From Hydrurus foetidus (Eukaryota): a DNA stretch of 64,000 bases. The translations under genes and the position numbers were made by a program. This document shows, one piece after another, positions 48,419 to 61,600 of this stretch (position 1 is its first letter; each line of letters starts with the position of its first letter). The notes beneath the pieces were generated by a model that made no database searches, had not been told where the DNA came from, and was given only the letters and a program-made list of their open reading frames with translations. The DNA lies in contig UYFQ01000327.1 in NCBI GenBank assembly GCA_900617105.1, positions 1 through 64,000 on the forward strand. Direction: 5' to 3'.

Positions 48419-49352
48419 CTTGAGAAGCAAGGATTTTCTTGTCGAAGGGAAGTCCTGTTTTCAGGGTGAAATCTGCTACTACTAACTTCCACGCAGATTT
48501 TTTATTTTTGATGTTAGAATACATACCGTCAGAGTGCTCACATCAAGCCACTTCACGGAGCCCGCAACTTAAATCTGCACGCTGGACGACATATCTAGAA
48601 ATATGCTGAATAGACGACCGTTACTGCCGATAAAAAAGTTGCATCACAGAAACCTTCAGATATAGCACTTCACGAATCAGGGCAATCATTTCCATCACAA
48701 CTTTGTGTGATTTCTCGTGCCCCAACTTTTTTGCCGAACAGATTTTTCGTGGAAAAACTGAAGGCTCGAGAAACTACAGATTTTCTTAAAAACTAAGGTT
48801 TTTGGTGTAATTTTCGTTTCCCGAACGCACCCTTTGGGTTCCTTATGATAAATGCCTGGGATTGCCATATAAATTTACGAATAAACCCTTATATTAGAGG
48901 AGTAATAGCCAAAAGGCGGAAGCTATCGGACCGCCAAAAAAGTTGACCGTAATCCGACACAAAGTCGGAAACGCCGGTTGTGTCAGAACCTAAGCTGTGA
49001 GCTGTGAGCTGTGAGCTGTGAGCTGTGAGCTGTGAGCTGTGAGGAATTGGCCCTATTCCAACTCGTTGGAGTTGGGAGTTGAGGGTTTTGGAGTTGGTAA
49101 AAATAGCCCGTATAATTTTGATGGGCTTTTTACCCACTCCATTTTCGTTTTCAGACTCCAAAATCTAAATCGTGGAGTTGGACCCGCACCTTTTGAGTTG
49201 GGGTGAAACACCCAGTAAAATAATGTAAAACTCAAATTCTTGTGGTGTACCGGAAAATCCGGTGTTCACGTGACTGACAAATTTTACCAACTCCAAATCC
49301 CCAACTCCTCAACGACGGGTGCGTTCGGTAAACCGTGAAACCTTCATTTTTC
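48419..49352 (+). repeat. Copy B of the composite repeated segment
   Basis: Near-identical to 36184-37097. The GCTGTGA heptamer has 7 units here and 4 in copy A. Confidence 0.93.
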
Positions 49353-50895
49353 AAAATTTCTGTCTCAGTGGATGTAACTATCAAAAGTGAACCTTTGAAA
49401 AATCTTATACTTATGAGGTTGAGCTATTAGTGTGCATTAATTTGAGCCATATTTAACTGATATGAGCCCACACAGCTATAGCTATATTATTTCGCGAGAT
49501 CTTACCTTCTTGCATATTTAAACCACCTTCGTCCTGATCCTCAATTTCATCATCATCAGCGTTTGGATTGTTAACTAATTCAACATTACAGAATTCATCT
49601 TCATACAATAGATTAAGGCGTACAAAGTTGTGTATAAGGAAACATGATTGTATGATATTGCACTGAAATTTATAATTATAGGAGCTCATTTTTTTTGAAA
49701 CCGGGAATCTATTTTTCTTGATGCCGTACAGTCTTTCTACACAATTGCGTAATGACGAATGTCGTAGATTAAATAATTCTTTATAATTTGCGGGACCTAT
49801 TCCATTGACCGCATACTCCATCAAATGGTAACGAACACCACGATACGGGTCAACATGTACTTACTAAGCCACCGTCTCCTAAGAAGTATTTGTTAGCTAG
49901 CAAAAGTAAACATTTCGTTCATGCATCGTCGTATACTCTGCTATCATCAGAACCCTCCCATCCAATCAAGACGTAGGCAAACGTAAGATCAAAATTGGCC
50001 ACGCCTAAACGTTTTGAGAATGAAATTTCTTCCTATTGTAATATGGGCCTTGCAGATCCACAGGTATTACTGCGGGTATATGTGTTCCGTCAATTGCACC
50101 AATACAGTTGTCGAAGTAAGGCGTAAAATTCGCATTATTCGATATCTTTGCCGGAATAGGATCACCGGCTAGAGCAGGTTTGAAGATGCGATCCTTGATA
50201 TTGTCCAGGCAAGCACTCATCTCATGAACTATGTCAGATATAGTTGCACCAGAGTGTTGCCATCGTTCGGCAGTTTCTCTGTTTGTGTACCCATGGAGAA
50301 CGTGCAGCAGAATAAGAAGATTCTGTCCGCTGCAAATATACATAGAATCTCTAAGTCCCCCATCAATCAGATTTGCCTTAAGCAAATCGAAAGTTTCTTT
50401 GCCCATTCGAGCAACTTCTCGAAATCTGTTGACATTCTCAGTAGCCATAATCTCCCTATAATATAGGTCACCTGTGAGAACCGTATTGCGCTGCGGGCGT
50501 GGTTGTCGCCGCGCTCGGTACATGCCAACTAGGACCACTGCTATCAATCGCATGACATTCATGTTGCCTTCCGCATCCATCGTATAAGTATGCTTTATGA
50601 TTATGCGGACTTGTTGAGTTATCCTTCTAACGGTATTTTCATGTCCATGTGAACAGATTCATGTTTTTTTCATGATTCCGTTCGGTAAACCGGAAATCCT
50701 GGAAACTCGGAACTTTCATTTCTAGCAATGTTTCTTTTCGATCCTGGATGAAGCTTTTTCAAATATGAAGGTTTCTCAGTGAAATTTACCGAACGCACTC
50801 GATATCCAAAACGAAGGAGTTGAATGAAACTAAGGCCTAAAATTTTAGTCTTTTTTACAGCTCCCACCCAACTCCAACGAGTTGGAATAGGGTCA
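49048..50895. mobile_element. PIF/Harbinger-type element (outer TIRs, 3-bp TSD AAT) enclosing a second TIR pair at 49317-50800
   Basis: AAT|TGGCCCTATTCCAACTCGTTGGAGTTGGG ... CCCAACTCCAACGAGTTGGAATAGGGTCA|AAT. Inner pair GGGTGCGTTCGGTAAA ... TTTACCGAACGCACTC. Confidence 0.85.
49453..50580 (-). pseudogene. PIF/Harbinger (DDE_Tnp_4, HARBI1-like) transposase, disrupted
   Basis: CIGAIDGTHIP, NRKKFHSQNV*, GWEGS, YRGVRYHL, ELFNLRHSSLRNCVERLYG. A stop and frameshifts lie between 50005 and 49824. Confidence 0.93.
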
Positions 50896-50922
50896 AATGA
50901 GCAACGATTGATCGATCCGATA

Positions 50923-52260
50923 TTATAACCGACCGAAGGTCGGTATATTTAGAACCGTACATGTACGTACAACTGTTTTGATGGATCTCTACAGGCGGGG
51001 CTCCAAATTGACCAGGTGAATTCATATTCGAAAGGTGGCTTCATTACAGTCACTTTCTACAAAATTTCGACGTTGTTGGATATTCTAGGTAGGTCTAGCA
51101 ACTTCTTTGCACCCCGAATGTCGTGCATCTCTGAAACTAGAAAAATTGAAGACAGCGTTTTCCTGTTTGCTGTGTTGCAGAAAATTCACTTTCACGTCGA
51201 ATGCCGCCCAGGAAGCGTCGCCAAAATGACGTTGCAGAGCCAAAAAAAGAGCAGGAATCATTGATTACTTTTTCATCAGGTATGAATGCAAAATTTCATC
51301 GTTGCAACCTCTCCAACTCCTTACTCTATGGTAGGAAAATGACCATTTTACGATGCTTCCACTCAAAAATCACCCTGTAAATACTCGAAAAGAGCTGATA
51401 GCGTTCTTCAAAATAGAATCTGACCTATCTGATCATTTCAAAATGTATTTATTACTGTAGGCGCAAATTCTTGATGCTAGCCGAGCTGTGATACTCTCTC
51501 CAGCTTCGGAGAGCTTAGGATTTCGAGCGCGTCAGTTGAGAAAATCCTCGCCAAATCTGATATTCAGTTCATTTCAGCTCGAATTTCACTTCTGAAAATT
51601 GAACTAATCTTAGAATGCACCTGATCATCCAGGATCAGAAATGTGGCGCAATCGGAGCTGCACTTAAAAAGTCAGTTTCAGAGAGCTGGTGGTTTCGAGC
51701 GCATCAGGTGAGAAAATCCTCGCCAAATCTGATATTCAGTTCATTTCAGCTCGAATTTCACTTCTGAAAATTGATCTAATCTTAGAATGCACCTGATCAT
51801 CCAGGATCAGAAATGTGGCGCGATCGTAGCATATCTCAAAACTCAAGTCTCGGAGAGCTTCGTTAGATAGGACACGTCGATATGTCGCATGTTACGAAAT
51901 CCAGCGCCATTTCCAAAATTCAAATTAAGTGCACATGTTAAACTTTCTTTGGATTTTTTAAAGTTCAAACAGAGTTCCTAATTTTCCAAACCCAGACAAT
52001 TCTAAAGTTTAACAAAACACACGCCATAAGGAGTATTCTGGGAAATCTGTTGCGGTGATTTCATATCTATCCCGAACATGATCATGATTACTCCGATTAT
52101 ATTTACCATTTCTCAAAGCAAAGAGGGGTGCTCATGCGATCACAGTTCAAATGAAACGAGATTGTTACAAGATTCGTCATCAAAATTACCTAGCAGAAAT
52201 CATACGTCTCACAGCCTACGGCAGTTACGGTCGGTTCGTTATGCAAAGCATACAGTATTA
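50923..52260 (+). mobile_element. Non-autonomous Helentron-like (HINE/DINE-1-type) element
   Basis: Absent from copy A (empty site GATATCCCCACC near 37504). Left hairpin ACCGACC-GAA-GGTCGGT at 50928-50944. Matching subterminal repeat CGGTCGGTT at 52228-52236, then hairpin TATGC-AAA-GCATA at 52240-52252. Internal tandem duplication at about 51521-51830. Confidence 0.75.
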
Positions 52261-52605
52261 TCCCGACCAGGATCCCAGATCCCGGATCTCCGATCTCCGA
52301 TCGATCATCCCAGAAATTTGGGACAAATGAAATGTTCAGTACGAATACGAATCGTACGAGAACAGTGTACGCTCTGGTGGGGACGCTGGGACCCCGTGAG
52401 GAGTGATCGTAAATCGTTAAGTATGGGATGAAGTTCAGACTGTTGATCAGCGCCCTTACTTCTACCTTATCGCTTTCAAAATGGCTTTCGTGGTGATGAA
52501 TTCGCATAGTGATGGAATGACCACAACTGATATTGTGTAGACAAAATTTGGTCTCATGATGTTAGGTTTTCCGTCTCGCCTCAGTGGATAATCCTGAAAT
52601 AAGCC

Positions 52606-55600
52606 ATGAATGGTTTTTTAGGGCTTAATTGCTCGGCTGGAGGTCACATATTATGTCGACATGATAACCAATTGCTAGCCCTTAACTACGAAAACCTTTG
52701 TGACGCGGAATATTTGGATAGACTGTTCACATCTCAATCTGGTGAGCAAGTTGATAAACAAGGGCATTCTACAGCATTGAAGGACAGTGAAAGTTGGATT
52801 CTCAGTGCTGATACTGCCGAAGATGTTATAGTCTTTGGAAGTGATCCGTTTTTAGGGAAACGTCTCATGCTGAAAAGATATCTGGCTGGCATTGCTACAT
52901 CCGTAAGTAGTCATGACATTTTATCCACACTGGTACAGCGTCAAATTATTGTTTTTGAGAGGATTGGGAGACTGATTGAGGCAAGCTGTCTGCAGCAGGA
53001 AGCACTACTGAAAAAATCAATCGAAGGAACTTTCAGAAATTCAGAATCGACTAAACTTGAGATGAAACCACATGTTAGAAATCATGTTGCCTCCGAGGCG
53101 CTATGTTGTGCCCTCAGAGCACTAGCAAAGCACAGCCGCAATCAGCTCCAGAGATCAGCTGTAGATCCTATAATAACACTGCTGCTTAGAATGTATCAGG
53201 AACGGGGATCTCATTATCTTACTGGTGGCAGCCGTGATGAAGCCCCTAGAGTGGACGATAGACAACTACAGCACCTGAGAGAAGTTCTTTGTAACGGAGT
53301 AGAGCACGGCATCGAGCTTTTTGCAGCATGTACACAGACAGCAGATGTCAAGCAGAACGAGGAGCATCTGAAGCTTTGTCTTTCGTGTGCTTATGGGCTT
53401 CTTGCTGTGGGGATATATGCGAAGGGAGTGGGTGACGTCATGATGGCGCTACTTCAAATAGTTTCGATTTCTCTACTTCTAAATGAATTCCAGTCACTGC
53501 TGCTGAATGACAGAGAGCTGGAGTCGTTTACATTGTCGAGTATTGAGAGGTCGCTTGACGCAGTTGAGACTCCGAAGTTATCAACTGACCAACCGCTACT
53601 CAATGAATATGAAGATCAGCAGAAATTAAATCTTAAGTTGAAAGTCAAGCTGAAGGTGAAGGACAGCGGCACCAATTTATTTCCAATCATAAACAAGTTT
53701 TCTGCGAATGCTTCAACAACATCCTCCATAACTACTTGCGAGACCAAGCTATCTGTTACCTCGAACGATTTCCTCGACCAGCAAAAGTTAAAAAAAATAA
53801 AAGCTGGAAAGTGGGACGCTGTAAATTGCAAATCTAGCGCAATCAAGGTTTTGGATAAAGCAAAGGAATCTCATCTGACCGATCGAGATACTGCAAAATT
53901 GAGAATTCAGCTTGTACGAAGTCGTCTTTATGGTGACGAAGATTTTCCATCGAAAACGATTTCTAACCCCACAAACAGCACGCGAAAAAATGCTCCAAAA
54001 AAAATGAGCAGTATTCCGGGTAGTGGAAATAATAATGAAGATCGGAATTCTCCGGATTTTGATGATGATTCCTATGGGACGATCCAAAGTCCCTCGCAGT
54101 CACACGGATTTCCTTTATCCCTGGCCCCGCAACTGATAACAGGGAGGAAAAGCCACAGACAAGAAGAAAGCAATCAGGCAGTCGTTCTTTCTAGTGCAAC
54201 GGAGACTCATCAGAATATGGAAGTTGATGATCGGAATATCGACACATTTGATGCCCTTAGGATATCCTTTAAGAATCTTTCTCGTATTCCTAAGAGTGTT
54301 CTGAGAATCGTTCTCGATGGATGTGCAGAGCAACAAGCAGAACAGAAAAGAAATACAAAATCCTATGGGGAGGAGATTCCATCCAGTAGGTGCACGATCC
54401 CTTCTAAATCGTACGTGTGGAGTTGCGGACAGAATTCGTATGGAGAATTGGGACACTGTGACGGATCTTTACGAAAAACATTTTCTAAGATTAATTTTTT
54501 AGAGGGAAAAGGTGTTGTAAGTGTTGGTGCAGGAAATGAGCACTCTATATTTGTGTGCAATGACGGCAAAGTGTTTGTCACTGGTTACAATGACAATGGT
54601 CAGTGCGGCAATGGCAAAACAGAACAAGTTAAGTCACCCCAACAAGTTACAGCCCTTGCAGGAGAAGATATCGCAAAGGTCTTTGTATTCAATGGGTGTG
54701 AACACACACTAGTCACCACTAGGGACGGGAAGCTGTACTCATTCGGATACAATTACAGAGGACAGGTTAGTGTGGTCTACTGTACTCGAGAGCATCTATG
54801 AGTGTTGACTCTACTCTGTCTTCCAAGCATTTTGTGATTTCTACTGCACTCAGTCGGTCTTAAATTTCACCTACGCATTAGTTGGTGTGTATCTTATCTA
54901 GCAGTTGGTTCGTCCGTTTTTATCTGCAGTATGTTGTAGAAGAATACTGCTAATCTTACCTACTGTCCTCTTCATAAAACACATACAATCCACTTCCCTT
55001 CCCTTCAGCTCGGTCACGGCAGCACGACCATCGAGTCAGTGCCCAGACTGGTCAAGAGTCTTCTCTCCAAGAGGGTTGTCACAGCTGCGTGTAGCTACCA
55101 CCACAGCGTACTCGTCTGCTCTGATGGATCCCTTTTTTCGTGTGGGAGAAACGACTGCGGACAGTTAGGTCACGGAGATACCATTGACAAGAAGACACCG
55201 TACCAAGTGTTCTCACTAGGTGCACCAGCAGACGGCGGAATCTCCCAGATATCGTGCGGGCAGTTTCACACAGTCATGCTTACTACTGGTGGGGTGGCGT
55301 TTGCATGCGGTAAAAACGACTACGGCCAGACATGTTTGGAAAGCCCTGAGAATTGCAAAACATTCACCCGCACTCTGGGTCAGTCTCCTAACGACTTGAT
55401 AAAACAAGTGTGCTGCGGCTACTACCACACGCTGTTGCTGTCGCAAAGTGGAGCGGTTACCGGATTCGGCCGCAATGACTACGGCCAATTAGGTACCCAC
55501 TGTCTAACTCCTGTCTCTCTGCCTATCTCTCTGCCTATGTCTGTCTCTCTGCCTGTATATCTGCCTGTCTCCCTGCCTGTATGTCTGTCTCTCTGCCTGT

Positions 55601-58600
55601 ATGTCTGTCTCTCTGTCTCTCTGTATGTCTGCTCTGTTTCTCTGTCTGTCCTGTATGTCTGTCTGTCTCTCTGCTCTCTGTCTGTCTGTCTGTCTCTGTA
55701 TATCTGCCTGTATCTCTGCCTGTATATCTGCCTGTATATCTGTCTCTCTGCCTCTCTGCCTCTCCCTCTGCCTGTATATCTGTCTCTTTGCCTGTATGTC
55801 TGCCTGTATATCTGTCTCTCTGCCTGTCTCTCTGCCTGTATGTCTGCCTGTCTCTCTGTTTGTTTACCTATCTTATAATTTGTGAGTTTATTTGCTCCAC
55901 TCGAATCAGACTTCGCTCTCTCCTCCGCCTTCTGCAGGAACACCGCACATCATAACACATTGTCCAACATCTTTTCACCTACCCTATCCCGCCACTTGCA
56001 ACATCACACGGTGTTCAGGTATAGGTCATTCTCAAGCCAGGGTATTCGGAGGCCATGCTGTTGCGTACTTGAGAGACAAGAATGTGATATCTTTGGCATC
56101 TGGGTGTTACCACTCCATAGCGGTTACGTCAAATGGAATGCTCTACGCCTTCGGAAGTAAGTGTTTGAATTCTATTCACCAGTGATGTTGTGCATATTGT
56201 ATGACTGATATATTTATATTATGTGATGTGATGTGATATGATATGATATGATATCATTTTAAGGAACATTGAGCGATATAGAAATATTGTGGTCAGTGCA
56301 TTCTGCACTGCACTGCATTGTCCACTCATATTGAAAACTACAAAACTCACATCTTACTTTACGTCACCGCAGGAAATAATCATGGTCAGCTTGGTGCTGG
56401 TGACCAGGAAGACAGAAACTTCCCGCACCCTATAGACGATTTCATCGGCTGTCGCTCTCTCGAAATAGCTGCTGGATTCTACCACACAATAGTGGTAGTG
56501 ACCGAAATGTCCGAAGATGGTGTTGTAGATGTACCAGAGGGTCACGGTATAATACCGCCAATTGATGTTGCCTTACCGGTCAGATCTGATATTCAGCTCT
56601 CAGCTCGTTTAAACTCTTTTCGAGATCCGATAGTTGGTTTGGGTCCGAAAAAATTGTCCACGCATGCTATTTTTTACGGTTTTGACAAAAAAGCGGACGG
56701 AGAAATTCAGCGGGATCGAAAGAACACTGGGTTCGCTCTGAACAATGCTAGCAAGACTGCTACTATTAGTGATTTGCTGTCATTCTTAGTGGCGTATCTG
56801 GAGGGTATGATTGTGAACTCCTCTCAGTTGCGCAGTCAAGGAGCGGGAGAAAGTGAAGCATGGATAGAAACTGATGTACACGAAGAGAAAAAAGGAAAGA
56901 AAATCTTTACAAAAAAGAAAAAGGAACAGAAGAGTCCTAATCTAGAGGTCTTGGGTCCGTCTTTCACTTGGATGATAAAGCAGATGAGCGCAATATCAGT
57001 GCTACTCGAGATGGTCAGAGGGCTTCTGCTGCAGAGTTACGAAGTGAGAGGTACAAGTGTAGATCTTCCTCTGTCCAGCGAGGATGCGACTGGTTTGTTG
57101 AGAGCTTTGATGAGTTGTGCGGACCATCTATTGCAATCACAGGGAGTGCAGTTACGTAGGATTTTAGGCACCTCGAATAGTGTAAATAGCAATAGTGATG
57201 CAGGTGCTGTTGGAAGTACGTCATGCGAACAGGCACCTGATTGTAGCTCTGAAGATGAAGAATATGCTGTGGAAAATCTTCTGAACGGACAGCCTAGTAG
57301 AGTGTACAGTGCATTGGAGTTGGTGCAAGAGGTACAGGGGGATTTGATTAAGCCTAAGAGGAACACGTTATTCAAATCGGCGTCTACCACAGCATCGGGC
57401 AATACGTCATGTAACGGTAGTAGCAGTATCGGACGTAGTGGTGACAAGGTAGGGATGGATAGTGCACATGTGATAGAGTGCGTCAGTGGTTCAGAGTCAA
57501 AGGTGCTCAGAAACGCCATCAGTAGATTGAGGCGAGAAATGTTCATCACTTACTTGAGATGCAGTACATCTACCCCCTCTGTCACTACGGATAATCAGGA
57601 TCCATCTAGCAGCGCACTGATCAACGAGTATGAGTCCTGTATATCGCACCATTTTGAGACACTATTCTACACTGATACGGCACGGTCAGAATTCTTTTGT
57701 CTCCTACGAACTCAGCTGTGCAAGACCCTAGATCCCATTTCGTCAATGATTCCGACAAGTCAAGGACTGCAGACGAGCACAACACCCAACACATTTTCCA
57801 GGGAGACTGAGGAGTATTGTAGATCTCTCCGTTTGTTCGTACAGATATCATCGAAATTCAATCGGATAAATGAAGTTGTCAAGGTATTTCCTCGTCCTAG
57901 AAGATACTACGGTTTGAGGATATTCCAACAGCTGCTTGCTGTGTACAGTCATCTCTCCTTGCTCTCCTTGGAGTACAGGGCATCACAAATATCAACCCAG
58001 AATCAATTACAGAATCAGATCCAGGGTCCAGGAGGGAAGGGTCTCTGGATTCCTGCGAGTGACATGTGTCGAGCATTAGCTGGATTAGAGCAGTGCAACG
58101 CTAACTTTGTCAAGTGTTCTATGCCTCACATTTTCTCAACCTCACTCACCTCACCTGTTTTTCAAGTCAAACCTTCCACACCTCTTGCGTCACCTCCCTA
58201 TCCCTCCTCTAACTTCGAGTCATCCGGAGATGGTGTGTTGAGAACTGCTGAGGAGAGGGCATGTATTCGAGCGAAGGAGGAGGCAGAGGATGACAGAAAA
58301 TGGGTAGCATTTGGATCGGCTATTATCAAAGACATCTTCCTCAGCGCTGAGAGTGTTTTTAATTTATTGGCCACTTTGTCGCTGACAGATGATGTGATGA
58401 ACGTACTGAGGTACGGTACGGTGGTGCCTAGTGTGCTGCCCACTATTCTTATTTATGGGATATCTAACGCTGGGTCTCAGGGGTGTGTTCAGGATTTATT
58501 GCCTCTCGTGCACTCACTCTCTAAAAACATTCAAGCTCTGATAATGGGGAAGGAGAAAGAGAACGATGCCTCAACTATCAGTAAAGTCAGCTCCAAACTG

Positions 58601-61600
58601 ACAACTCCTTCGCTTTCTAGGTGTGCCACAGCAAGCAATCTCTCAGCCGCCATTGCCAGTCAATTGATAAAGGAAGAAATTCCGTGTTTTTCAACGACAA
58701 TAAGCAATTTTCCTGGCACGTGCACCAATGATGTGGACAAGGAGTTAAGTCTAATCGCCCTTGCAGTGTCTAGCACTCCTACACAGACCCTCAGTCCGAT
58801 TAAGAAGATCTCAGCGGATAGGGAGAAAGACCTCTCTCATCTGACATGGTGGTCCAGACTGTTAAAGCTCTCCGCTGTACTACATGCAAAGTTAACTGCA
58901 AGTCTTATATTCGACAGCAATAAATATCGCAGGGAACTATCACAGAATTCCGAGAGTCCGAGGTCAGAGTGTGAAGGCAGTCGACTGCATCGACATCGCG
59001 TGTGGGCTCTGATCACACCCCCTGAAGATCTGTTCTCTCAAGCTTTGCCTGCTGCATCTGCACGTTCGTACGTACAGCCTGTGGGGGCTTCCACTCAGAA
59101 GCCCTCTAGTGGGAGGTCTAAATACATTGCTCCACTCACCCCTAGCACAGCTACCAGCAATGCTAATAGTCTGTACATAAAGATATTGAATCAGTGCGTA
59201 GTGCTGAGAGATCAAGAGGCGCTTAGTGATTCTGTATATAGATCCATACAGCAGATACTGAGGAAATCAGTCAATGCTAAGGTGTTGGTGCAGGGAATCG
59301 AACACGCGGTGTTTGAAGCTGCTGTCTACATAGAGGGGGCTCACTTACTGGATGTCTCTCAACACACACATGCTGCCTCCTCCTCCTCTTCTTCTTCCTC
59401 TTCTTCTTCCTCATCTTCTTCATCTTCATCTTCTACTGTTCAGTCGCCTAGTCGGAGAGATAAGTGCAGTTGGATCTGGAAGTCGATAGCGAGACTCACT
59501 AAGAGAATCCAGTCACAGAGATCCCCACTAGTGTCCAACAACCCAACATTCAACTGGCTAGAAATCCTCACTGTGCTGCTGAGACAGACCACTGCCATCA
59601 AGGATTTGGTACTAGCTTCTGTCTCCATGATAGTCATCACACCTATTCTACTGTCAGAGAAGGTCAGGAAGTTTCCTTCATTACGTCGTGTTGTGTTGTT
59701 GGTGATGTGCTCCATACGATGGAAGGCTGCAGTGCGACTTCGACTCAAATCTGTTGGCATCATGGTGGTTGACTTCATGACGGACAGTCTGGAATATATG
59801 ACCCAAGATCTCTGCACTGTTGGTCCTGTCAGCTCTATGGGTACGCAGTGGGAGAAGCTGCTGCAACAATTGAGGGCTGGCAGCACAGATGTGTCGCAAT
59901 TTGCTAGTGGCTTAACGACTGCTACACTCACTCTGCGTGACACCCCGTTCAGCTCTGTTAAGCACGATGTGCTGTCTTCTCTAATTGTTGCTTGGAAAGA
60001 CAGAGTTGTATCCGAGAGGGACGAAGCAGTATCGATGAAGACAGAGAGTTCATCTCTTTGCTGTGCAGCGTCCATATGGAAATTGAGAAAGGGTGCATTG
60101 AGAACACTAGAGTCTTATTTATGTCGAACAGTGAGAGAGTTTGTCGTCAGTTATCTCTCTGGATCAACCATGGGCAATGCAGAAGTTAATTTCTTCAGTC
60201 TAGTTCTCGCTCTCCTTCAACTACTCTTAAACAGCAGCAATTATTTTGAAAGCGCATCATCCTCGAGTGGCTGCATCTCCGACATCAAATTATCCACAGC
60301 TACGAAAATGGAAATTCTCAAATTGGTCGAAAAACTGTTTATCGCAATTGATGTGCGGACTCTGGATCCAAATTCCGCGATTTCTGAGGAACGTACGAGC
60401 AATACCGTACGCACTAGGGGCAGTTCAAGAGATCGAAATAAAGCGCTTAGGAAAGTTTCTACTTCTATAGTGTCGCTCCTACAGGCGTTCTCTTGTCATG
60501 AAACATATTCCTCTTCTTCTTTCTCTACCTCTTCCTCTACCTCAAATGGGACTCATGGGATTAATACACCGAATCATTTTTTATGCAACAGCATAATGAA
60601 CACACACAACGAGCTGCTATCTCACCTCCAGCGAATCAGAAAAGCAGCACAGCAGCAAATTGCAGATTCAGAACTACTCACTTCAACAAGTGCAGTACCA
60701 TCTCGCAAAAACTCTGTTGAAAACGGTACGATTAAAGACTCATCTAGCAATGCGGTATCACCTTTATTTAAGATAAGTGCTGCCTCTAAAGACAGTTCAA
60801 AGAGAAGATGTCAAGAGTTGATAGTGAGGCCTATGGAGTTCTGTAGAGTGCAGGAGGGGTTTGTCGTGCAAGGAGACAACTTGTTGAGTAATTTTAAGGG
60901 CATTGACTTTACTCTGGCCACTTGGGTATTCATAGACAAAAAATCTTCGGTTAAGCACGGCTTCGTAACTGGCAAAGTGAGTCATCATGATGCATGGCCT
61001 CTGGTGGTGTTACGTAGTGACGGCAAATTAGATATTATTTACGGGCACAGCAACGACTTCGAGTGCATGGCATCTGCTTCTGCAATACCCCTGTACACGT
61101 GGACACATGTGGCTGTCGTCATAGAACAGAAGAAAATCAAGCTGTTCATCAACGGAGTGGTTGACTCTCAAGTGAGCACTAAAGGCAATGCGAGAGCAGT
61201 CATGTACCCCATTGTGGTGGGTAGATGTCCGCAGGGCCTACGCACGCATGTGGACTATGTGAGGGTCGGATTCGATGGGTTACTTGCTCAGTATAGATAC
61301 TACACTAGAGCCCTCTCTCCTATCCACGTCAGAGTCGTCTTCGATCAAGGTAACTCTCTGCTCCAACCTGCTCTATCTAGCGAACACAGAACCCCTCCCC
61401 CTCATCTCTTCACTACTCTCCCCCATTTCGGCATCATCTAAACCTGTTGCATTCCGTCTCCTATTTTCACCCTCTACTATAGGTCCCCCTGAGACATACG
61501 ATGTAAGAGAGCGATGGCTGTATAAGTTGATCGCTTCATCTCGACTTCTGCTCGAGTCTCGCTCCGTCCTGTCAGCAGTAACTGCTCGACGCCATGCCGA

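Noticed and set aside
55479..55955. ORFs rich in RQ/LS/VC repeats
   Set aside because: They arise from an intronic microsatellite; the RCC1 frame is restored by splicing 55492 to 56019.
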